In this document: piece after piece, positions 36,244 to 44,982 of the stretch | How the letters are laid out: each line of letters begins with the position of its first letter | How positions within the stretch are numbered: position 1 is the stretch's first letter | Source: Pyrinomonadaceae bacterium | Lineage (GTDB): Bacteria; Acidobacteriota; Blastocatellia; Pyrinomonadales; Pyrinomonadaceae | NCBI GenBank assembly: GCA_051002415.1 | Contig: JBPCMI010000140.1 | Location: forward strand, 363 to 64,362 | Direction of reading: 5' to 3' | Length of the DNA: 64,000 nt | The notes under the pieces: model-generated | Told to the model about the DNA's origin: nothing | The model's input: only the letters and a program-made list of their open reading frames with translations | The model's database searches: none | Made by a program: the position numbers and the translations under genes

Positions 36244-36414
36244 CTAGACAGTGGTGGTATCGACAGTAGGAGCTTGAAAGAAGGTTGTCGCCTCGAGCAC
36301 ATCTTCAGGAGTTGAAACAGTCGGCTCTACGAAAGGCAATTTTGAATCCGTTTGCGTCAGCTCGTTTTGATCCGTGACTTGCTCGCTTACAACATGACTG
36401 TTTGGCTTATTCAA
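36244..36414 (-). CDS. Putative RiPP precursor peptide B (56 aa, TTG start; below the ORF-track size cutoff)
   Basis: My own translation: (M)NKPNSHVVSEQVTDQNELTQTDSKLPFVEPTVSTPEDVLEATTFFQAPTVDTTTV, stop TAG at 36244-36246. GGAGAC SD upstream of TTG 36414. 12 nt after the stop of the 36427 gene. Confidence 0.6.
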   Translation of the reverse strand: MNKPNSHVVSEQVTDQNELTQTDSKLPFVEPTVSTPEDVLEATTFFQAPTVDTTTV

Positions 36415-36426
36415 GGTTCGGTCTCC

Positions 36427-37326
36427 TCACATTTTGATTGTCTGACTGATTGGCTGCGCTAGTACTAGACGCAATGGTTTGGTCTCGTACGTCTGCAGGT
36501 CGGTACGTTGGTACAAACGAATGTTCGGCGAAAGCGTCCTCACCACTTGTTCCATGGTGGCGTTGTTCAAGTCAACGTTAACAATCTCCGAAGAGTCATA
36601 TTTCATCTCGAAAGGAATGTCAACCTTGCTGGCAATTTCGTAAAGTACAGCCGTCAAGGGCTGTTTTCGTGCCCTGACAGTGAACTGATTGCGATCGATT
36701 TTGACGCTCAATGAAATCTCTTGCTCGTCCTTGGCCGCTTGCTCGGTGCCTTCTTCGGTGTTTCCGGAAATGAGAATCGCTTCCGAATCTCCGCGCACCA
36801 CAGCCGACTCTGAAGGCGGTGATTCATTCAGAGCATAAAGATAGAGAGCGACAATCTTTGGCATCGTGCTGCCATCGCCGCTGATTTCGTAATCAGCGTA
36901 AGGCTGCGGCGCAATCATCCGCACCGCGCCTTCCAGAGGCATGCCTTCAAATTCAATCGTGACGCGTGCTTTTTGCATCACCGGGCTCAAGAGCACAGGA
37001 ATATCAAACTCCTTGCTGAGCTTGGCGGCGATCTCCGCTACTAAAGCCGCATTGGCTTTCAAGTCCACGGCGCGCACAGGTCCGCTGGCAACCTTCAAAG
37101 TGAACTTGCCCTTGGCCTCTTTGGATTTTGCTTTATCGGCTGAGGCAGGCACTTGCTTATCAACTGAATCCGGTGCTGCTGCTTTCTCTTTTTGCGCAGC
37201 CGGCTTGGTCTCTTCGCCGGCGGTTGCGGGCACTGTGTTTTGAGTGCGGCTTTGCGCCAGCGCCGCGGCGGGCAGGATCAGTAACAGGACGAGTGCGAAC
37301 AAGCGACTGGAAAACATCTGCGCCAT
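36427..37326 (-). CDS. Secreted protein with two internal repeats (STN/secretin-N0-like by impression); first gene of the precursor operon
   Basis: ATG 37326 with a GAGG SD. Signal peptide MAQMFSSRLFALVLLLILPAAALAQ, Lys/Ala-rich linker. Two similar ~80-aa units (...DLKANAALVAEIAAKLSKEFDIPVLL...; ...RKQPLTAVLYEIASKVDIPFEM...). The 54 codons upstream in the ORF track are probably not translated. Confidence 0.55.
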   Translation of the reverse strand: MAQMFSSRLFALVLLLILPAAALAQSRTQNTVPATAGEETKPAAQKEKAAAPDSVDKQVPASADKAKSKEAKGKFTLKVASGPVRAVDLKANAALVAEIAAKLSKEFDIPVLLSPVMQKARVTIEFEGMPLEGAVRMIAPQPYADYEISGDGSTMPKIVALYLYALNESPPSESAVVRGDSEAILISGNTEEGTEQAAKDEQEISLSVKIDRNQFTVRARKQPLTAVLYEIASKVDIPFEMKYDSSEIVNVDLNNATMEQVVRTLSPNIRLYQRTDLQTYETKPLRLVLAQPISQTIKM

Positions 37327-37582
37327 TCTAACTACCTCTTGAAAAATGAAGCCTGAATTAACTTTCAGCAGACCTTCCAGTCTCGCCGGTGTCAACTTTG
37401 TATCGTGGGGACTAAATAGAGTTTCCTTAGCGTCGAATCGTTGCCCCATCCCGAGACATGAAACCGCCGTTAACGGCGGCCGGGGCACATCTGGAACATT
37501 CCCCGTCGCACGTTAGTCTGACGTGAAGGAATTTCCGTATGGCCCGGACAGTAGCACATTGTCTCGCGCACGGCAACGACTT

Positions 37583-37702
37583 CAAAAAAAAGCGTAGTGC
37601 CCTAAATTGTAGAGAAAACTTTTAGTTTGCGCTGAATAAATGGCATTCAAGGCGCACGCAAACTAACAGTTTGCGTTACAAAGACCTACACCGGGGCACT
37701 AC
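37583..37702 (-). terminator. Complex terminator-like structure downstream of the nucleotidyltransferase gene
   Basis: On the minus-strand RNA, GUAGUGCCC (37702-37694) pairs with GGGCACUAC (37602-37594), followed by U8 (37590-37583). Encloses a perfect hairpin ACGCAAACU-GUU-AGUUUGCGU (37676-37656) and a third copy of the word (37632-37624). Confidence 0.45.
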
Positions 37703-37720
37703 CGAAAAAAGTCTTTGGTG

Positions 37721-38926
37721 CTAATGGAAATGGCTGGGCCCACCCGTAACCACCAACCGCACGGGACGCAGAAGGTAATAAATAAAGGTCAGCGCTGGAG
37801 GCAATTTAAGCCGCACAAGATCCTCCTCGTTCGGCGTAAATGTGAATCTGAGATAGTTCAACTTGTCCCGTAACCTGCGGCGCGCTCGTAACTGAAACCT
37901 GAAATAGCCCGTCATGCCGGTTCTTGTCAGCTCGGGAGTGAATAGATCGCGAATAACATCCTGGGCCAGGGCCGCGACTGAGACATCAACATTTAATGCG
38001 TTCTCCACATGTTTCGGAAGGGGCACTTCCAGTAAATCTGCGGCCAAACGCAAACCCAGAAAAAGCATGCGTTCGCTCCCCGTGGATCGCGCGCGACTAA
38101 TTAGTTCCTGCCAGTTCAGGTCCGTCTCAGTTGCGATCAGACCAGCGATGTCGCAAACCCACGCAAGCCGCTCCCAAAGATGTTTCGATCCATGAATGCA
38201 CAACGCCAGAAGTAGATCTTCCGTCGCCGGAACTTTGATAGCAACTGTTTCCAACTTTGCGTCCAGCAATCGCGACCAAAAATCATCAGTCTCAAACGGA
38301 CGTGCAAAAGCCGGGGCGCTAACAGTCCAGTGAAGCTCGACGATCATGCGGTTTCGATCGCGGGTAAAAGGCAGGTTGCATTGAGTTCGTAAGAGCACGG
38401 CTTGCTGGCCCTCAGTCAGCGGCGGTAATTGCGCATAGCCTTCGGACAAAAGTAAGTCGCGCGCGCGCAGCACGTCGCCCGGGTGCACAAGAATATCGAG
38501 ATCGCTGAACTGACGGAGTGCGACGTTTCCGTAAATCTGCAAAGCGAGGGCAGGCCCTTTATACGGCGCTGCCCGAACATCGTTGTCGACAAACAGCGTG
38601 AGCAGTTTCTGCAGCTCGTGGGTGAGCAGAATGTTCAGCGCGGAAACGCGTTGAAAAGCGACGCGCAAGTGTTGACGCTGCTGACTGGGAACAGCCTCAG
38701 GACAAACTGCGTTCAAGTGCGAATGCAGCAACGGTTGCAAGCCATGACGATCAGCCAACCGCAGCACCAGATCCCAGTCAAGTGGTCCCGACACGAGATC
38801 CTGAATTCGTTTTTTTTGGGCCTCATCGAGTGAAGCACGTGCACAGGTAAGCAGGAGCGCGGACTCAGGTCTCTCCGCAGCGAAACCGTTTGCCGCAACA
38901 TTCGAAACTTTGAGGGACGCAGACAT
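37721..38926 (-). CDS. Uncharacterised nucleotidyltransferase family protein (NTP_transf_5-like)
   Basis: N-terminal LLLTCARASLDE...DWDLVLRLADRHGLQPLLHSHL pattern and ~400-aa size are typical of this family, which often accompanies lasso/PqqD-type RiPP loci. Confidence 0.6.
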   Translation of the reverse strand: MSASLKVSNVAANGFAAERPESALLLTCARASLDEAQKKRIQDLVSGPLDWDLVLRLADRHGLQPLLHSHLNAVCPEAVPSQQRQHLRVAFQRVSALNILLTHELQKLLTLFVDNDVRAAPYKGPALALQIYGNVALRQFSDLDILVHPGDVLRARDLLLSEGYAQLPPLTEGQQAVLLRTQCNLPFTRDRNRMIVELHWTVSAPAFARPFETDDFWSRLLDAKLETVAIKVPATEDLLLALCIHGSKHLWERLAWVCDIAGLIATETDLNWQELISRARSTGSERMLFLGLRLAADLLEVPLPKHVENALNVDVSVAALAQDVIRDLFTPELTRTGMTGYFRFQLRARRRLRDKLNYLRFTFTPNEEDLVRLKLPPALTFIYYLLRPVRLVVTGGPSHFH

Positions 38927-38984
38927 GAAATAAAGGAGGGCAGGAAGATAACGCGCCAGAAGACGCGGCTGGCGAACTTCGGCC

Positions 38985-40784
38985 TTACTCGTTCACTTTT
39001 AAGACGGCAAGAAATGCTTCCTGAGGAATCTCCACGCGCCCGACTTTCTTCATCCGCTTCTTGCCTTCTTTTTGCTTCTCCAACAGTTTGCGCTTACGCG
39101 TGATGTCGCCGCCGTAGCATTTCGCAATCACGTTCTTACCCATCGCCTTCACCGTTTCTCGGGCAATTACTTTGTTTCCGATCGCCGCTTGAATCGGAAC
39201 TTCAAACATCTGCCGTGGTATTAGCTGCTTCATTTTCTCCGCCAGCGCGCGTCCTTTCGATTGCGAGGTGCTGCGATGAAGCACAAGCGAGAGCGCATCA
39301 ACGGGCTCATCGGCAACCAGGATATCGAGTTTTACTAAATCGCTTTCCCAGTAACCGGCAAGATTGTAGTCAAGCGAAGCATAGCCGCGCGAAACTGATT
39401 TTAAGCGATCATAAAAGTCCAAAACAATTTCGTTCAACGGCAATTCATAGGTCAACATCACGCGGTTCGCCGCGATGTATTCGAAACCCTTTTGCACGCC
39501 TCGCTTTTCTTCCAACAGCGGCAGGATTCCGCCCAGGTATTCATCGGAAGTAAGTATTGTCGCGCGAATTATTGGTTCTTCAATTTTCACAATCCGACCC
39601 GGGTCGGGCATCTTGGCGGGCGAGTCGATCTCGAGGACTTTGCCGTCAGTTGTGTGCACCACGTAACGAACGCCGGGGGCAGTCGTAATTAGATCGAGAT
39701 TAAACTCGCGCTCTAGCCGTTCCTGGACCACTTCCATGTGGAGCAAGCCAAGAAAGCCGCAGCGAAAGCCAAAGCCGAGGGCCGTCGATGATTCGGGTTC
39801 ATAGAAGAAGGACGCATCATTCAGCCGCAGCTTGTCCAGAGCATCACGCAGCTCTTCATACTGATTCGTGTCGACCGGATAAAGACCGGCGAAGACCATG
39901 GGCTTGATCTCTTCGAAACCAGGAAACGGTTCTGAAGTGGGACGCGCGCTTTCAGTAATGGTGTCGCCAATTTGCACGTCTGCTACTTCTTTAATCGACG
40001 CCGTCAGGAATCCGACTTCGCCCACTCCAAGCGAGTCGATAGGCGTGGGCCGCGGACGATTGACTCCCAACGTCTCAACCTGGTAATCGCGCCCGGTATT
40101 GAAGAAACGGATCTTCATGCCCGTTCGAATTGTGCCGTCGATCACGCGAAACAAAACAATCACGCCGCGATACGAGTCGTACCACGAGTCGAAGATCAAT
40201 GCTTTGAGCGGACCCTCAGGATCGCCTTTCGGGTACGGCACGTCGCGCACGACAGCTTCCAGCACTTCATGCACACCCGCGCCGGTCTTCGCGCTGGTAA
40301 AGACGGCATTGTGCGTCTCGAGACCGATGAGATGTTCGATTTGTTCGATTGCCCGATCGGGTTCGGCGCCCGGTAAGTCGATTTTATTAATGACAGGGAT
40401 GAGTTCCAGATTGTTCTCGATGGCGAGGTAGGTGTTAGCAAGGGTTTGGGCTTCGACTCCCTGGGAAGCGTCCACGATCAGCAAGGCGCCCTCGCAGGCT
40501 GAGAGCGAGCGCGAGACTTCATACGAAAAATCCACGTGGCCCGGAGTGTCGATGAGATTTAGAACATAAGCTTTGCCGTCTTCCGCCGTGTAATCGAGCC
40601 GCACGGCATGCGACTTAATCGTGATACCGCGCTCCCTTTCGAGATCCATGTTGTCGAGCACTTGCTCAGACATATCGCGCCCGGTCACGGCGCCCGTCAA
40701 CTCGAGCAGCCGATCCGCCAAAGTAGACTTGCCATGATCGATATGCGCGATGATGGAAAAATTACGAATCCGTTCGACGTTCAT
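38985..40784 (-). CDS. lepA: Translation elongation factor 4 (LepA)
   Basis: [30 protein letters not shown] GTPase motifs, and the LepA-specific C-terminus ([22 protein letters not shown]). Start set to ATG 40784 (MNVERIRNF). Confidence 0.95.
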   Translation of the reverse strand: MNVERIRNFSIIAHIDHGKSTLADRLLELTGAVTGRDMSEQVLDNMDLERERGITIKSHAVRLDYTAEDGKAYVLNLIDTPGHVDFSYEVSRSLSACEGALLIVDASQGVEAQTLANTYLAIENNLELIPVINKIDLPGAEPDRAIEQIEHLIGLETHNAVFTSAKTGAGVHEVLEAVVRDVPYPKGDPEGPLKALIFDSWYDSYRGVIVLFRVIDGTIRTGMKIRFFNTGRDYQVETLGVNRPRPTPIDSLGVGEVGFLTASIKEVADVQIGDTITESARPTSEPFPGFEEIKPMVFAGLYPVDTNQYEELRDALDKLRLNDASFFYEPESSTALGFGFRCGFLGLLHMEVVQERLEREFNLDLITTAPGVRYVVHTTDGKVLEIDSPAKMPDPGRIVKIEEPIIRATILTSDEYLGGILPLLEEKRGVQKGFEYIAANRVMLTYELPLNEIVLDFYDRLKSVSRGYASLDYNLAGYWESDLVKLDILVADEPVDALSLVLHRSTSQSKGRALAEKMKQLIPRQMFEVPIQAAIGNKVIARETVKAMGKNVIAKCYGGDITRKRKLLEKQKEGKKRMKKVGRVEIPQEAFLAVLKVNE

Positions 40785-40795
40785 TTTGATCAACT

Positions 40796-40929
40796 GTACT
40801 TAGAACTTCGTGCTTTGAACTTTGTACTTTGAACTTTTTTCTCTGGCCAGACGACTGCGGCAGCAGCGCGAAAGAGGGCAATAATCCAAAGCACAAAGAA
40901 CTAAGTTCAAAGTACAAAGTTCTAAGAAC
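40796..40929. repeat. Inverted pair of CTTTGAA/CTTTGTA-type arrays upstream of lepA
   Basis: gtacttagaacttcgtgctttgaactttgtactttgaactt ... aagcacaaagaactaagttcaaagtacaaagttctaagaac. Same words as at 5923-5945. Confidence 0.6.
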
Positions 40930-40998
40930 GTCTTTCTGTTGTAACAAAACGGGCGCGAAACCGCACGCGCCCGAATGCCTGCAACTTAGAAAGTTGAA

Positions 40999-41451
40999 CT
41001 AACCGTCAATGTGGGCTTCGACGTAGGCTCGCCCCTTCTCCGGCGTGTTCACGGTTTTTATGAATTCCAAATTCTTCATCGCCCAGGAGAAATGCTCCTC
41101 GGAGAACTTCTGATATTCCTCTCCAATGCCCGACCGGAATCCAATTTTTGTAAGCACCTTCATAGTCAACTGAGAGTCGCCTGTAACGCCGACGGCTTGA
41201 AAAAGTCTGTGCTTGTCGTCGTCGGACATCGAAGACGAAGTGTCTTCGTCAGCCGTTGTATTGTTGTTGATACTGCTGTCGTCGTTAGTGTTCAGATTTG
41301 TATTGAAATTGCTATTGCGATTCTGGTTGGCAAAGGTGGGTGAGGTCTTCATATAAGTCAGGTAACCAAAAACACCGACGACCGCCAACACGATCAAGCC
41401 GAGGCAGCCGGCGCCTCCGCATCCCAGGGCAATTTTTTGATTTCTGTTCAT
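40999..41451 (-). CDS. Hypothetical membrane-anchored protein
   Basis: N-terminal TM (IALGCGGAGCLGLIVLAVVGVFGYL), Asn/Ser/Thr-rich linker, ~70-aa C-terminal globular part. No family recognised. Confidence 0.45.
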   Translation of the reverse strand: MNRNQKIALGCGGAGCLGLIVLAVVGVFGYLTYMKTSPTFANQNRNSNFNTNLNTNDDSSINNNTTADEDTSSSMSDDDKHRLFQAVGVTGDSQLTMKVLTKIGFRSGIGEEYQKFSEEHFSWAMKNLEFIKTVNTPEKGRAYVEAHIDG

Positions 41452-41532
41452 CGTTTCCTCTTTGGATTATTGTCACAGCTGGCGAAATAGAGTAGCACGC
41501 AAAGTATGGTCCGAGAGCGGTAGCGTACGTAC

Positions 41533-41616
41533 ATTGCCAATTTCCAATTGCCGATTGCCGAACTGATCCCTTGCCTAGGTGCCAATTGGAAATTGCCAAT
41601 CAGCAATCGGCAATCG
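41533..41616. repeat. Inverted pair of CAATTGC/CAATCGG-type arrays
   Basis: attgccaatttccaattgccgattgccg ... gccaattggaaattgccaatcagcaatcggcaatcg. Confidence 0.6.
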
Positions 41617-41626
41617 TGATGTCTGT

Positions 41627-43009
41627 TTATAAATCAAATTCACTGATCAAGCGGTGCAGATACGAGCGACTGATGCCAAGCAGTTTTGCGGCAGCCACTT
41701 TGTTTCCACCAGATGTCTCTAGCGCTTTCAAAATCAAGCGCCTTTTAAGTGCCGCCACTCCGCCTTCCAGCGTCGCTTCATCTGCAAGATTGGTCCCCGG
41801 CAGGACTCTCAGCATTTTTTCCGGCAGGAATTCCAAATCAATGGTGGGCCCATTAGTCAGGACCACTAGGCGTTCCATCACGTTTTCCAGTTCCCGTACG
41901 TTACCCGGCCATTCATATTCCTGCAGCGCTTCGAGCAGCAGTGGATCGAGTACCGGCGCCGGTCGCAAATATTTCTCCGCCGCTTTCTCGGCGAAATGAA
42001 TCGCCAGCACCGGAATATCTTCTTTGCGCGCACGCAAGGTCGGTAAGACTAACGGCACCACATTCAAACGATAAAATAAGTCACGACGAAATCTGCCTTC
42101 CGCGACTTCCTGTTCCAAATCACAATTGCTCGCAGCTATCAGGCGAATATCAACGTGCAATGTCTTCGTGCCGCCCACACGTTCGAAGGATCGCTCCTGC
42201 AACACTCGCAATAGCTTTACCTGGACCGTCGGGGTCAGGTCCGCTATTTCATCAAGAAATAATGTGCCCCCGTCGGCAAGCTCAAAACGACCTTTGCGAG
42301 TTTGCGTAGCAGTTGTGAATGACCCTTTTTCGTGTCCAAACAATTCCGATTCGATCAGGGTTTCTGGTAAAGCCGCACAGCTGACTCCGACAAAAGGACC
42401 GCCGGCTCGCGGACTTTCTTCATGAATGGCGCGCGCCAACAGTTCTTTTCCGGTTCCATTTTCGCCGATGACTAGGACGGTCGCACTTGTTGCCGCTACC
42501 GTGCGCGCGTGCTTGACGATCCGTTCGAGAGATTGGCTTGCGCCAATCAGATGACTGAATCCACGCGAGCCCAACAACTCGTCACGGAGCCTGACGTTCT
42601 CAACTTCAAGGCGTCGCATTCGTGCCGCTTGATTCACTATATGCAAAACTTCGTCGGCGTCGAGCGGCTTTTCAAAAAAACCATAAGCCCCGTGCTTCAC
42701 TGCTTCCAGCGCCGCTCGCTTGGAGTTGCTTCCGGTAATCACTACAGCCTGAACCGCCGGGCGCATGCTGCGCGCCGCTTGCACCACAGTCAGTCCTTCT
42801 GAGATGTCATCAAGATGCGGCGGCAAATGTAAGTCGCTGATGACGACGTCCACTTTCTCATGCTGCAACAGCTCGACTGCTTCGTTACGCGAGCCGGCTT
42901 CGATGACGCGATAGTCAGAGTTCAAAGCCCAGTAAAGGCCGCGACGGACCGACTCGTCGTCGTCAACCAGCAGTACTGTTCCCTTCAAATTTGACTGTGA
43001 TCCGGGCAT
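41627..43009 (-). CDS. Sigma-54-dependent response regulator (NtrC family)
   Basis: REC domain (LLVDDDESV...DVVISDLHLP). AAA+ activator motifs GENGTGKE, ESELFGHEKGSFTTA, RRDLFYRLNV. C-terminal Fis-type HTH AAAKLLGISRSYLHRLI. Confidence 0.9.
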   Translation of the reverse strand: MPGSQSNLKGTVLLVDDDESVRRGLYWALNSDYRVIEAGSRNEAVELLQHEKVDVVISDLHLPPHLDDISEGLTVVQAARSMRPAVQAVVITGSNSKRAALEAVKHGAYGFFEKPLDADEVLHIVNQAARMRRLEVENVRLRDELLGSRGFSHLIGASQSLERIVKHARTVAATSATVLVIGENGTGKELLARAIHEESPRAGGPFVGVSCAALPETLIESELFGHEKGSFTTATQTRKGRFELADGGTLFLDEIADLTPTVQVKLLRVLQERSFERVGGTKTLHVDIRLIAASNCDLEQEVAEGRFRRDLFYRLNVVPLVLPTLRARKEDIPVLAIHFAEKAAEKYLRPAPVLDPLLLEALQEYEWPGNVRELENVMERLVVLTNGPTIDLEFLPEKMLRVLPGTNLADEATLEGGVAALKRRLILKALETSGGNKVAAAKLLGISRSYLHRLISEFDL

Positions 43010-43091
43010 CAGGAATCCGAGCCAAGGTCTCGCCTGACTAAACTAAAACTTTGGATTGTACGCGAGTGAACGGTCAGCGAACCTGCGACCG

Positions 43092-44813
43092 TTAGATTTT
43101 CTCGATGGCGGCCGATGGTAACACCACGCGGAAGGTTGTGCCAGCACCCTCTCGCGAATCGACTTCGATGGCGCCCCCATTCGCGCGCACAACTTCGCGA
43201 CAAGTGTAGAGTCCCAGGCCCACGCCTCGTTTTTTGGTAGTCGCAAAAGGACGAAAGAGTTGTTGCTCAATGAAGCCGGGAGACATTCCGACGCCTGTGT
43301 CGCTAACACTAAAAAACACTTTTCCCTCACCCGCAGTCCCGGCGGCAACCGAAAGCTTCCCTGCGGATCCCATGGCCTCAACCGCATTCAGAATCAGATT
43401 TTCAATCACCTTTTCAATGCGCTCAGCATCAACCAGGGCCAGCAACGAATTGGGTAATTTGGTTTCGATTTGCTCGGCGCCGAGCGCTGGCTCGGCGGTG
43501 AGCTTGATCACGCGATTCAGCAAAGGCACAAGGGCCACAGTTTGTGGGCGTTTGAATTCACCGCTTAAAGTTGTCACCGGATTCGATAACCGGTCCACCA
43601 ACGATCGTAGGTTCTGCGTGGCGATGTTCAGCGACTTCATCGCGTCCGCGCGAAAGGCTTCATTGTCGAAGTGGCGTTCCATGTTACTGACTATCAGGGA
43701 CAATGCTTCGATCGCATTCTTCAGATCGTGAGTTAGCATCGAAGAGAGTCTGACGAACGATTGAAATTGCCGCGCTTCTGTTTCACGGGCGATCTGTTCC
43801 CGCAATTGTGCCGTCATCAAATTGAGATTGTCGGAAATGGGACGGATGGCATCGCTCGAGAGTGCCTCGATGCGATGATTCAGGTCGCCACGCGCAATCG
43901 CTGCCACGCCCGCCGTCACTTTTTCCATTCCGCTCGTGCGGCGTTCCCATATACGAGTTAACAAGAGGGCAGCAACAGCCGCGATTAGAAACGAACCAAG
44001 CAAGCCTGCGATTGCCACTTGTTCAAGCGAAAGCGTTGATCGAGACGTCTCAACGGCAGCTACGGAAAGATTGAGGTCGGGAAGCCGAACTGGCTGCGAC
44101 AAGTGTTCCCGACCCGGCAATGAGCTGAACTGTTGGTGCAGGAAGGCCGCGTTGGAATGGTAGAGAATTGTGCCCGTGTCGTCAGTGACAATGATTTCAC
44201 GTGAGACACCGCGCGCGGCTTCGCGCAGGAGCGAATCCATTTCGACTTCGCCAACTACGGCAGCAACCGGCGCCGCGAGTGTGGCCGTCATCACCGGCGC
44301 GGTTATCTGTAACCGGGCTCTCAGAGCATTGCGAGAAACACCCGAGCGAATGGGAGTTTTGCCCAGCCAACTTTGCTCGTCTGGCTGCATTTGCCCGGGC
44401 AAAAAATCTTTTTCCCGGAAAACCACCCCATCTGAACTGCGCTCGGCCAGGAATAGTTGTTTGTTTCGATCAAAACCGGCCACACCGACGAAATGACTGC
44501 GGCGATTAAGCAGCTCGCCAAGGGTAGACCGAAACTGTGAGGGGGGTTCCGAGACAAATGCTTCCGTGCGAAAGGCGGGCGACTGGGCGTATTCAAGCAC
44601 TGGCGGGGAGTGGGCGAAGAGGGCCAATTCGTCTTCCTGCCGCTCCAATAACTCAGTCACCTCCTCGCTAAACTGATCGATATCGGTGTTTGCTTCACCT
44701 GGCCGGTTGGCAAATCGCCGCGCTCCCCAATAACTGAAACCACCGACCAGCAGGAGCGGCAACAGAAACAGCGCCAAGAATGTGAGAAAGATCTTTGGTC
44801 GAAGGCGCAGCAT
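43092..44813 (-). CDS. Sensor histidine kinase (periplasmic sensor + HAMP + HisKA + HATPase)
   Basis: Two TM segments. H-box SSMLTHDLKNAIEAL, N-box NLILNAVEAM, G-boxes DTGVGM and GVGLGLY. 82 nt upstream of the response regulator. Confidence 0.85.
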   Translation of the reverse strand: MLRLRPKIFLTFLALFLLPLLLVGGFSYWGARRFANRPGEANTDIDQFSEEVTELLERQEDELALFAHSPPVLEYAQSPAFRTEAFVSEPPSQFRSTLGELLNRRSHFVGVAGFDRNKQLFLAERSSDGVVFREKDFLPGQMQPDEQSWLGKTPIRSGVSRNALRARLQITAPVMTATLAAPVAAVVGEVEMDSLLREAARGVSREIIVTDDTGTILYHSNAAFLHQQFSSLPGREHLSQPVRLPDLNLSVAAVETSRSTLSLEQVAIAGLLGSFLIAAVAALLLTRIWERRTSGMEKVTAGVAAIARGDLNHRIEALSSDAIRPISDNLNLMTAQLREQIARETEARQFQSFVRLSSMLTHDLKNAIEALSLIVSNMERHFDNEAFRADAMKSLNIATQNLRSLVDRLSNPVTTLSGEFKRPQTVALVPLLNRVIKLTAEPALGAEQIETKLPNSLLALVDAERIEKVIENLILNAVEAMGSAGKLSVAAGTAGEGKVFFSVSDTGVGMSPGFIEQQLFRPFATTKKRGVGLGLYTCREVVRANGGAIEVDSREGAGTTFRVVLPSAAIEKI

Positions 44814-44820
44814 TGGGTGT

Positions 44821-44982
44821 AGGGTTTTAGGTTTCGGGTTCAGGTTTCAGAGGTCAGGAGTCAGCGGTCAGTGGTCATGGGTCAATCGTTTCAAGAATCT
44901 GACGCCGGCACCCGATTACGATCGTGAGTCTATTACCGCGCCAATTCTAATCGGCAATCGGCAATCGGCAATCGCCAATCCC
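44821..44982. repeat. Short tandem arrays GGTTTCA/GGTCAG-type (44821-44886) and AATCGGC-type (44948-44982)
   Basis: agggttttaggtttcgggttcaggtttcagaggtcaggagtcagcggtcagtggtcatgggtca; taatcggcaatcggcaatcggcaatcgccaatccc. Confidence 0.6.

Noticed and set aside
33478-38926. A canonical lasso-peptide gene cluster
   Set aside because: No asparagine-synthetase-like lasso cyclase ORF is present anywhere in the window. The predicted core would be only 12 aa and would start with Phe, whereas known lasso cores start with Gly/Ala/Ser/Cys. A radical SAM/SPASM enzyme occupies the place of the cyclase. I therefore treat it as a different, lasso-related RiPP architecture.
41561-41600. Sigma-54 promoter (TTGGCAC on the minus strand) upstream of the 150-aa membrane protein gene, next to the NtrC-type regulator
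   Set aside because: After TGGCAC the sequence is ctaggcaagg. The GC dinucleotide is 2 nt too close to the GG, and there is no TTGC. The match also lies within a CAATTGG array word.
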